DNA from: Candidatus Hermodarchaeota archaeon
GTDB lineage: Archaea > Asgardarchaeota > Lokiarchaeia > Sigyniarchaeales > SOKP01
Assembly (NCBI GenBank): GCA_048885535.1
Contig: JBHLLO010000075.1
Location: forward strand, 1-14,618
Direction: 5' to 3'
DNA: 14,618 nt
Each line of letters begins with the position of its first letter. The first letter of the stretch is position 1. Shown here in pieces: positions 7,012 to 14,618 of this stretch. The notes below the pieces were generated by a model. The model did no database searches and was not told the DNA's origin. It saw only the letters and a list, made by a program, of their open reading frames with translations. The position numbers and the translations under genes are program-made.

Positions 7012-9054
7012 ATGAATAATTGGAATATTAAGCAAGAGCAAGCAACTGTCTTGGAGGAATTAGAAGATTTAATTGGAAAACCATTTCCTATATTAGATCA
7101 TTCTGATGAGCTTTGGCCTGGAATCTATCAAAAAATTGGAGTAGAAGTTGAGTCAAAAGAAGTTGTTGGATTGTGTTTACTTGGTTGTAGATTGGAAAAT
7201 CTCCCAACTTCTATAAAGAAATTAAGATCTCTAAGAAAACTTGATCTTAATTATAATGAAATTAGGATTTTTCCAAAACTGATTTTAGAATTAAAAAAGC
7301 TGGAACTACTTAACCTTACTTCTAATAAAATAACCCAATTACCCGAAGATATAGATAAAATCACAGAACTCAGAGGACTTCGTTTAAATGGAAACCGTGA
7401 TCTTAAAGAGTTCCCGGCATCATTTAAAAATCTTGTTAAGCTTAAAAAGTTGTCTATAGCAAATATGGGGCTAGGTAGACTCCCAGATATTAATTTTTTT
7501 CCTGAAAAAATAGAAGATTTGAGTATCTCAGGTAATGGATTGAAAACATTACCTGAGTATTTGATTGAACTTACATCATTAAAAAAGCTTGGTTGTGGTT
7601 CTAATCTATTTGAAGTTATCCCTGAGATAATTTTTAGACTAAAATCATTGGAAAAGCTCCATATGAGGGGTATTCGTATAGATATGAAAGCGTTGCCAGA
7701 GTCAATTGGTAAGTTAAAGAATCTTAAATTTTTAGACGCAAGCGCCTGTCTTTTAAATTCCATTCCTGACTCTATTGGTAATTTAACATTACTGGAAACG
7801 CTTGATTTACAACAAAACGACTTTATTGAGGAGCTCCCTGAAACTATTGGAAATCTTAACTCACTAAAATCGCTACTCCTAGGCTACAATAAAATCATAA
7901 AACTACCCTATTCGATTGGAAATCTGCGAAGACTTGAAGGGCTTTCATTACGACATAATCAACTCGACTCAATTCCGAATTCTTTAGGAAATTTGCAAGC
8001 TCTTAAGTGGCTTAACTTAAATAATAATCAACTTGATTCAATTCCTGACTCTATTGGAAATCTAGAGAATTTATTATCATTGAACCTTTCACATAACAAA
8101 TTGGTAAAACTACCTGATACAATTAAGAATTTAATTCAACTTAAAAGTTTGATTTTACATCACAATAATCTTACTTCTCTCCCTCAAGGAATAGGATGTC
8201 TTAGAAGCTTAGAAGAGTTAAATTTGAATAATAATACTATTGAGAAATTACCTGATTCATTTAGTGATTTAAAAACATTAAAGGATTTAGCCTTGAAAAA
8301 TAACAACCTTCTGAGGCTTCCATCTTTTGAAAATTTTAAGCTATTAGAAGTTCTAAATTTGGAAGGAAATAATCTTAAGTCATTACCAGAGAATTTTAAT
8401 AATCTTAAGTCACTTCGAAAATTATATCTATATCATAATAACTTAGAAGAAATTCCAGCTAGCATTCTTAAGCTGTATTCATTAGAAGAATTGTCGATTA
8501 TAGGTAATAAGTTAAGCTCTATCCCTGAAGGTATAGGGAATTTGATTTCAATTCGTGTTTTAAACTTAGGGAGAAATAATTTAACTTCTTTGCCAGACAG
8601 TATAAGTCGATTAAAAAGTCTTGTAGAACTCCATTTATATGGAAATAAATTTATCAAAATTCCTAATTCTTTAACCTCACTATCGAATTTAAAGATTTTA
8701 GATTTATCTGGTAATAAAATTACCGAAATATCAGAAGGTATTGGAAATCTAATCGAACTTGAAAATTTAAATTTAGATTGGAATGAACTAAATTCTCTTC
8801 CAGAAACTATGAAATCCTTGAATTCTTTAGTTGAATTAAATATTAATTCAAATAAATTTGAAATTCTTCCACCGTGTATCGGAAATCTTACAGGACTTAT
8901 AGTATTAAAGATCGACCTTAATCCCCTTAAATGTTTACCTACTTATCTTTTTGGGATGGAAAACCTACGAGTTTTATATATCGATGATAAATTAGTGGAG
9001 AATTCAAAAGAAATTATTGAAAAGCTAAAAAAAAAGAAAATTACTATAATCTAA
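7012..9054 (+). CDS. Leucine-rich repeat protein (~26 repeats of ~23 aa)
   Basis: 680 aa with consensus LxxLxLxxNxLxxLPxSIGNLxx, N-cap LEELEDLIGKPFP and C-cap IIEKLKKKKITII. There is no additional domain. Confidence 0.95.
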   Translation: MNNWNIKQEQATVLEELEDLIGKPFPILDHSDELWPGIYQKIGVEVESKEVVGLCLLGCRLENLPTSIKKLRSLRKLDLNYNEIRIFPKLILELKKLELLNLTSNKITQLPEDIDKITELRGLRLNGNRDLKEFPASFKNLVKLKKLSIANMGLGRLPDINFFPEKIEDLSISGNGLKTLPEYLIELTSLKKLGCGSNLFEVIPEIIFRLKSLEKLHMRGIRIDMKALPESIGKLKNLKFLDASACLLNSIPDSIGNLTLLETLDLQQNDFIEELPETIGNLNSLKSLLLGYNKIIKLPYSIGNLRRLEGLSLRHNQLDSIPNSLGNLQALKWLNLNNNQLDSIPDSIGNLENLLSLNLSHNKLVKLPDTIKNLIQLKSLILHHNNLTSLPQGIGCLRSLEELNLNNNTIEKLPDSFSDLKTLKDLALKNNNLLRLPSFENFKLLEVLNLEGNNLKSLPENFNNLKSLRKLYLYHNNLEEIPASILKLYSLEELSIIGNKLSSIPEGIGNLISIRVLNLGRNNLTSLPDSISRLKSLVELHLYGNKFIKIPNSLTSLSNLKILDLSGNKITEISEGIGNLIELENLNLDWNELNSLPETMKSLNSLVELNINSNKFEILPPCIGNLTGLIVLKIDLNPLKCLPTYLFGMENLRVLYIDDKLVENSKEIIEKLKKKKITII

Positions 9055-9091
9055 AAGAAGGCTTATTTAACATTTATAATGATCGCATCTA

Positions 9092-9919
9092 CTACAAATA
9101 CGTCGCTTCTGAAGCGTAAAGATGAAATTGTGTGACGGTGACAAAACCAAGCCGCTTGTAAAGATTCTCTGCTAAAGGTGATGAATGTAACACTACAAGT
9201 TTCTGACCAGCTTGTTTTGCAGCCTTCATAGTTTCAACCATCAAGACGCTTGCTAAGCCTTGTCCGCGTTCTTCTGGTTTTGTCGCTACGCCATAAATGC
9301 CGACAGATCCATCACCATAATATGAAGCAGCCTTTGCAATTGGAACTCCATCCCGCCATGCCACCCAGACGTGAGCCTTTGCGCCTGGTTTTCCAATGTT
9401 GAAACACCTAAAAATTGTTTGTAGTTTTTGTTGATAATCTGAAGGTACACCCCAGCGCCAGGCTGTAAGCTCTTGGAATTTATTGACTTCACTTTCTTCA
9501 ATCGCCTCACGTATTTCAACACCAGCAGGCAATGAAGGTGCTTGTGGTAAATTTGCTAGGTTTCGGGCCATACAGGGAATTATTTCGATGTGAATCAGAC
9601 CACGCTTCTGTAATCGATCACCTATATCGAGAGGTGATGAGGAAGGGTGCACAACCCATAGAAAAGAGACCTTTCGGTGAGTAAAGCGACGGATTATTTC
9701 GTCTATTTTTTGATTGATATTCTTCTCCACTTGAAACTTTAGGATCACATTGTATGGAATAATTGGAATGGGAGTCTCAAACCACAGCGCATCGCCTTCA
9801 TCATGAAGTGCACATCCTGGTGCAAGTCCAAAGTTTGACCAAGTCTCCCAGAAATTGAATTCAATCTCATGTATTAAAGCTTCTGTATTAAAGCCAGAAA
9901 CACTACTTGGTCCATTCAT
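9092..9919 (-). CDS. GNAT family N-acetyltransferase
   Basis: 275 aa with the acetyl-CoA motif GIYGVATKPEERGQGLAS and LHSSPLAENLYKRLGF. It ends in a double TAG stop. Confidence 0.92.
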   Translation of the reverse strand: MNGPSSVSGFNTEALIHEIEFNFWETWSNFGLAPGCALHDEGDALWFETPIPIIPYNVILKFQVEKNINQKIDEIIRRFTHRKVSFLWVVHPSSSPLDIGDRLQKRGLIHIEIIPCMARNLANLPQAPSLPAGVEIREAIEESEVNKFQELTAWRWGVPSDYQQKLQTIFRCFNIGKPGAKAHVWVAWRDGVPIAKAASYYGDGSVGIYGVATKPEERGQGLASVLMVETMKAAKQAGQKLVVLHSSPLAENLYKRLGFVTVTQFHLYASEATYL

Positions 9920-10019
9920 AATCTCAACTCTTATTACTGCTTAACGAGCGGTTTAATATTTTTACATAATAGTATGTATTTTTTTTATTTATTTTTTTTT
10001 AATTAATTACTTTTCAAGA

Positions 10020-10034
10020 GCAGGATTCGAACCT
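10020..10034 (-). other. Isolated tRNA T-arm-like fragment (AGGTTCGAATCCTGC)
   Basis: The + strand reads gcaggattcgaacct. There is no D arm or anticodon arm around it. Confidence 0.35.
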
Positions 10035-10067
10035 ATTAATTTATATTCTACATTTGTTTAGGAGATT

Positions 10068-10814
10068 ATGGACATGGAATCAATTATAAATATAACATTA
10101 TCTAAATATAACTTAATTTTTTCAATCCTAAAATTCGAAATCATGAAAGAAATGAAAACAAAAGATGCTGAAAACGCAGAAAAGGCATACCTAAAAACGA
10201 TAGAAAAATATAAAGAGTTAGCTGAAAAAAGTCCCGAAACTTATTTCCCAAAAATTGCAGCTACACAGAATAACCTTGGAATACTTTATTGGAAACTAGG
10301 AAGGTATGGGGAAGCTGAATTCGCTTATCACGAAGCATTAAAAATTGGCAAAGAATTGGCTAAGAAGAATCCCGAAGCATATAAACCTGTTGTCGCATTA
10401 ACGCAAAATAATTTTGGTTTATTATATGCCGATTTAGGAAGGTATGAGGAAACTGAACACGCATATAAAGAAGCATTAGAAATATATAAAGAGTTAGCTG
10501 ACAAGAATCCTGATACATATAAATCCAATGTTTCGATGATGCAATATAACCTTGGAATATTATATTGGAAATTAGGAAGGTTTGAGGAAGCCGAATATGC
10601 ATATTTAGAAGCATTAGAAATAGATAAAGAGTTAGCTAAGAAGAATCCCGATGAGTATAAATTCAATGTTGCGATGACACAGACGAGCCTTGGAAGATTA
10701 TACAACGATCTAGGAAGATATGAGGAAGCTGAACGCGCATATCAAGAAGCAATAAAAATAAAAGAAGAACTAGCTAACAAGATTCCTGATGAGAGAAAAA
10801 TCTATAAAGGTTAA
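10068..10814 (+). CDS. Tetratricopeptide repeat protein (four 46-aa units); true start may be 10074 or 10143
   Basis: Repeats of ELAxKNPxxYxxxVAxTQNNLGxLYxxLGRYEEAExAYxEALEIxK. AGGAG at 10060-10064 favours the upstream start, while the ATGs at 10143/10152 directly precede the repeat region. Confidence 0.92.
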   Translation: MDMESIINITLSKYNLIFSILKFEIMKEMKTKDAENAEKAYLKTIEKYKELAEKSPETYFPKIAATQNNLGILYWKLGRYGEAEFAYHEALKIGKELAKKNPEAYKPVVALTQNNFGLLYADLGRYEETEHAYKEALEIYKELADKNPDTYKSNVSMMQYNLGILYWKLGRFEEAEYAYLEALEIDKELAKKNPDEYKFNVAMTQTSLGRLYNDLGRYEEAERAYQEAIKIKEELANKIPDERKIYKG

Positions 10815-10849
10815 CTAAAATTATTTAACCTTTATTTTAAGATAATAAT

Positions 10850-12811
10850 TTATTTATTTTCGAATCCTTCGATTCGAAGGAGCTCTAACCCTAAACTTTT
10901 ATGCCTTAATAAAATAGGAATATTATTTATAAACTCCCAGTCAATTTTTTGTTGTTCATCAGTTAAAGCGTTAAATGGCACTAAAAGTGGGTGTAATTTT
11001 TTATTATTGTCTCTTATCTCAGAATATTTCCACCCATTAATCCATCTCTCTGCACACCAGCGATTATGTTCCATTCGTGCTAGTTTTTCGTTCTCTTTCT
11101 CAGTAAAGCCCTCAAAAAGAGTAACTTTTTTACCTTGCTTTTTCATTTCTTGGATATATTGATCTTTCTGTTTTTTTGGAATAATTTGGATATTTAGGGC
11201 TCGGAGTTTTATAGGAATATGATCAGCTTGTTGACGATTTGAATCTTTGATAGCTGGAGAGAGTTTATCCCATTCCACTATGAAAGGCATTCTTTCCATA
11301 GGTAATTGCTTCTCTTTTTGTTTTTCCTTTTCTTGTTTTTGTCTATAATCTTCATGTATTGCTTTTGCTATTAGGTCCAGCATTTCATTTATAACAATTT
11401 CATGTGAACATGTATAATTAATCAATCCAAAGGCGCTTATTGGGTAATTACTGGGTAGTTTGAAAATATCTTCATTTTCATCCAGATAAACACTTATGGG
11501 GAAATGTAGTTTGATAGGGATTTGCTCAGAATCCAACTCAGCTTCGAATCTTGCTAACATTGGAATTAAATCTACCCCAAATTTTATAGCATTAGTCTCC
11601 TCTTCAATACAAATTATTATAGCAGTCACTGGATGATTTTGATCTATGTATTTTATTTGAGCCTCTACCTTTTTCAAATTGTTGAAATTTGAATTCAAAA
11701 AACTGATATCAGTTAATGGCTTCTCCCATCCTTTCTTTTCACTCAAGATTTCAGGATAGTGAAATAAAAAATGTTTTTCTAATGCTTTAGCTTTTTTTTC
11801 AAGAATCGTTATCTTTATTCCTCTATCATCAGCATAATGACACATTTTAATAGCTTGTAAAAGCACACTTTCTCCTAAATGCCCAAAACCTATGATTAAT
11901 AAATGAGGGTGTTTGATTTTATCTCCTGTGTCAATATCAATTTCAAAAGGTGTGGAGAGAAATAACACACGAGCATCGTTGGTGTAATTATTATATATTT
12001 TAATTTCAAGGAATTCACTATCTTCCTGAAAAATATTATGTTTACTAAAAGAACTATAGAGATGCTGATCTTTTATATGAACAAAACACTTAACTTTTTT
12101 CTTATGTTTTTTTTTAATTATATCTTTTGCATTGATTGCAATTTCCATATTTTTAGAATCTTCTTCCGTAAAAGCAATTAAATGTTTTGCTTTGCAAATA
12201 TTTGCTTTATTAAGAATAAACGCATCCGAATAATTACCATATAATATTATAACTCCTAAATCATCAATTTTTGCTTTATATTCATTATCTAATTCTTTTG
12301 ATATGACAACGATCTGCCTCTTCCTTTTTCTTCTCTTTGTCGTCAATATTATACTTTTTATAAGTTCAGAGGTCCATTTGTTTAATCCACATATAATTAT
12401 ATGATTTTTAAAGAATTTCAATCGTAATTTTGTAAAGTGCTCTTGAAAGACGGTTATTAAAGTTAGTACGGCCAAATAAGTAAGCGAAAGGGGACATATG
12501 AATTTAGCGATTTCTAGTGGCAACTCGGGGGGAATTATCTCATTCTGAAGGGCATAAAGTCTTAATACTTGAAATAGGATATTAGACGGACTTTGTTGCA
12601 CAGGGTCTCCATCAAAAGCTAAAAAATAGCCTATATAACCTAATACGAACCCAATAATACCAGCAAGGGCATTAATTAAGAATGCATAAGTCTTCCAGTT
12701 TCCTTTTAACAATTTCTTGACCTTAAGGCTAATATCTTCCTCTTCTGGTGGCTTTCTTAAATATTCTGGAAGATAAATGTTTATGAAATTAAATTTCTCT
12801 TTAATAGACAT
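10850..12811 (-). CDS. 2TM pore-like module + two TrkA-N/RCK domains + C-terminal RyR (ryanodine receptor) repeats
   Basis: 653 aa. TM1 AFLINALAGIIGFVLGYIGYFLAF, helix SNILFQVLRLYAL, TM2 EIAKFICPLSLTYLAVLTLITVF. RCK-like HIIICGLNKW and HLLIIGFGHLGESV. RyR-like IAKAIHEDY...WDKLSPAIKDSNRQQA and EKLARMEHNRWCAERWINGWKYSEIRDNNKKLHPLLVPFNALTDEQQKID. Confidence 0.88.
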   Translation of the reverse strand: MSIKEKFNFINIYLPEYLRKPPEEEDISLKVKKLLKGNWKTYAFLINALAGIIGFVLGYIGYFLAFDGDPVQQSPSNILFQVLRLYALQNEIIPPELPLEIAKFICPLSLTYLAVLTLITVFQEHFTKLRLKFFKNHIIICGLNKWTSELIKSIILTTKRRKRKRQIVVISKELDNEYKAKIDDLGVIILYGNYSDAFILNKANICKAKHLIAFTEEDSKNMEIAINAKDIIKKKHKKKVKCFVHIKDQHLYSSFSKHNIFQEDSEFLEIKIYNNYTNDARVLFLSTPFEIDIDTGDKIKHPHLLIIGFGHLGESVLLQAIKMCHYADDRGIKITILEKKAKALEKHFLFHYPEILSEKKGWEKPLTDISFLNSNFNNLKKVEAQIKYIDQNHPVTAIIICIEEETNAIKFGVDLIPMLARFEAELDSEQIPIKLHFPISVYLDENEDIFKLPSNYPISAFGLINYTCSHEIVINEMLDLIAKAIHEDYRQKQEKEKQKEKQLPMERMPFIVEWDKLSPAIKDSNRQQADHIPIKLRALNIQIIPKKQKDQYIQEMKKQGKKVTLFEGFTEKENEKLARMEHNRWCAERWINGWKYSEIRDNNKKLHPLLVPFNALTDEQQKIDWEFINNIPILLRHKSLGLELLRIEGFENK

Positions 12812-12814
12812 ATT

Positions 12815-12820
12815 TCACCC
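12815..12820 (-). promoter_or_regulatory. Shine-Dalgarno-like site (GGGTGA) of the RyR-domain gene
   Basis: The minus strand reads gggtga-aat-ATG. Confidence 0.55.
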
Positions 12821-12933
12821 GACGATATTTTAATTTACTTAATTGTAAATCTATTTGGTATCTCTTAATATTTAAATATTTCGTGTTTCAGATTCTGGAT
12901 TTATTAATTATAAGTCCGATGCAAACATGATTA

Positions 12934-13257
12934 TCAATCCCATGTAATATCAGCTAATAATTCTTTCTCATCTTCAGAAATTACATTACCATCCTTATCA
13001 ACACAAATTTTTTTCCGGTAATCATACTCACGAGAATTATTTTCTTCGAGTGATCTAACTTCCGTCACTAGAATACTGTATTCATATATGATTTCCCAGC
13101 AGTCTTTATTGGCGATCTTAATTTTCTTCGGATCGTTAATTTTACCAAGATTGTAAATAGCATGTGCTGAAAAGCCTCCATCCGTAAGGTTCCCTAACCG
13201 CTCATTCTTTTCAATGTTTTTCCGAACAATCTCTTCGATTCTTGATTTTGAAAACAT
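12934..13257 (-). CDS. Hypothetical protein
   Basis: 107-aa ORF with a globular-looking composition. It fills the gap between neighbouring genes on the same strand. Confidence 0.7.
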   Translation of the reverse strand: MFSKSRIEEIVRKNIEKNERLGNLTDGGFSAHAIYNLGKINDPKKIKIANKDCWEIIYEYSILVTEVRSLEENNSREYDYRKKICVDKDGNVISEDEKELLADITWD

Positions 13258-13355
13258 TTATAATATAATCCTTTTTCAATTTACGGATTTATTTTTTCAT
13301 TTAAGATATTGATTTTATTTATAAGTATTCTTTTCTGGTACGGTAAGGTTAAAAA

Positions 13356-13898
13356 CTAGATTTTTATACTAGATTTTGATAATAAAATGGGCATAAATCT
13401 ACCATAATACTGTTTGTCTTCTCTTTTAATGAATTCAGTTAATAGTTTGTCAATCGCATTGTACATAGGATCCTTTCTTATTAAATCCATAACAGTATTC
13501 TCATTAATTATTTTATGAGTGGTTCTTAAATTTGACATGTCGGAACTAATTATATTTGTACATTTTACATTCCATTCATGTGTATAACCAGAATCTGTTT
13601 CTATTTCCGATACTTTTATATCATAAATAAAATCGGCGTTCCTATTGGAAAGCTCTTCATGATATGCATATAATTCGACATCAAACGAGTTTTTTAATTT
13701 ATATTGAAAAAAGTATTGAGAAGCATAACCTAGCGCATCCCCGTCAAACATTTCGCAAGGAAGGAAAGTATTACAAAAATAATAAAGCAAATCTAATCTA
13801 AATAAGACCGAATCAGGTATCCCATTATCATACTGTACTATACTTACATGAGGTTTTTCATTTTCCCAATGAAAGTTAATTTTGGCTGTGGTCATCAT
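13356..13898 (-). CDS. Hypothetical protein (possible degenerate phage-type family)
   Basis: 180-aa ORF with an AT-rich upstream region. It begins MTTAKINF...SIVQYDNGIPDSV. Confidence 0.7.
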   Translation of the reverse strand: MMTTAKINFHWENEKPHVSIVQYDNGIPDSVLFRLDLLYYFCNTFLPCEMFDGDALGYASQYFFQYKLKNSFDVELYAYHEELSNRNADFIYDIKVSEIETDSGYTHEWNVKCTNIISSDMSNLRTTHKIINENTVMDLIRKDPMYNAIDKLLTEFIKREDKQYYGRFMPILLSKSSIKI

Positions 13899-14052
13899 TC
13901 ATCAATGTTAGTATATAACCTTTATAATATTAATTTATGTTAGGATTTTAATTTGAATTTTTAAATTTTGTCCCAATGTGAATAGAATGGGAAAGCAAGT
14001 GAAAAATTTCACTTTTTCCCAAATAAACCAAAATTATCGTTAATAAATTTTG

Positions 14053-14618
14053 TTAAGATATATTATTAAAGGATTGGCCTTTTTCGATGATTCTATATAG
14101 ATTCTTTCCTAAGATTTTGAATATATCTTCTTCATGATAACCTCTTTTCACTAATTCGGTAGTAATATTCGGATATAAGGCCGCAGTTTCTAAGCCTTTG
14201 GGAGGGGAAGTTCCCCCATAATCACTACCTATACCTACATGATTAGGACCGACTAAATTTATAATATAATCAATATGGTCAATTAACTCTTCCATACTCA
14301 CCGTTTCGGGTTCCATTTCACTCCATATGGCGTCTAGTTTCTTCTCTAATTCTTCTTCGTTATCTCCAAATTCCACTTTTAATTGTTTTTCCTTAATTTT
14401 ATATTCTTCATAAGCCTTGGTTCGGGTGAGATTGTATTTATCACTGATAAATCCAGGATTAAACGTAACCATTATTACTCCTCCTTTGTCGGAGATCATC
14501 TTAATAATATCATCTGGAATATTGCGTGAATGATTACATATACCTCTTGCATTGGAATGGGATGCTATCACTGGCTGTGTAGACGCATTTATCACTGCTA
14601 TTTGTAAATGATCAGGTA
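14053..14618 (-). CDS. Membrane/renal-type dipeptidase (peptidase M19), C-terminal part; 5'-truncated by the window edge
   Basis: It contains PVIASHSNARGICNHSRNIPDD, GGVIMVTF, IDHIDYIINLVGPNHVGIGSDYGG and ILGKNLYR. The frame stays open upstream of 14595 (PDHLQIA) to the edge. Confidence 0.93.
   Translation of the reverse strand, partial: PDHLQIAVINASTQPVIASHSNARGICNHSRNIPDDIIKMISDKGGVIMVTFNPGFISDKYNLTRTKAYEEYKIKEKQLKVEFGDNEEELEKKLDAIWSEMEPETVSMEELIDHIDYIINLVGPNHVGIGSDYGGTSPPKGLETAALYPNITTELVKRGYHEEDIFKILGKNLYRIIEKGQSFNNIS

Noticed and set aside
7251-8657. Minus-strand ORFs 7251-7763 and 8433-8657
   Set aside because: Shadows of the LRR gene's codon pattern.
9286-9522. 78-aa alternate-frame ORF in the GNAT gene
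   Set aside because: Nested in a well-supported CDS whose higher GC lowers stop-codon frequency.
9963-9978. Palindrome tacata-atag-tatgta
   Set aside because: Only 6-bp AT-rich arms, which is not distinguishable from chance.
9990-10090. Complete tRNA gene around the T-arm motif
   Set aside because: No acceptor stem, D arm or anticodon arm can be folded.
10328-10705. Minus-strand ORFs 10328-10705 and 10360-10614
   Set aside because: Antisense shadows of the TPR repeats.
1-14618. CRISPR array, IS element, intact integron or DGR
   Set aside because: No spaced direct repeats, transposase, integrase or reverse transcriptase is visible. The periodicities found are intragenic protein repeats.

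Overview
AT-rich window with 13 supportable protein-coding genes and no rRNA, full tRNA, CRISPR array or transposase. Gene content and motifs point by inference to an Asgard archaeon of Lokiarchaeia type: a WCSGSGTWNNPYLIEN beta-helix surface protein, a Loki-style LRR N-terminus, a multi-wHTH regulator, GGTG/GGAG ribosome-binding sites and oligo-T terminators. The ORF track misses the first gene, a >634-codon minus-strand ORF (1904 to the left edge). It encodes a signal peptide, a NosD-type beta-helix, an Ig-like domain, one TM helix and the start of a cytoplasmic, probably longin-like, domain. It is followed by a divergent wHTH regulator, a membrane protein, a divergent YhhN-like protein, a tandem-repeat membrane protein, a transglutaminase-like Cys peptidase, a ~26-repeat LRR protein, a GC-rich GNAT, a TPR protein, a 2TM/RCK/RyR channel-like protein, two hypothetical proteins and a truncated M19 dipeptidase. 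The best leads are the receptor-like surface protein, the RyR-domain channel, the possibly cassette-derived GNAT with a nearby tRNA-like fragment, and the head-to-head enzyme/solenoid gene pairs. No database searches were run, so family calls rest on motif recognition.
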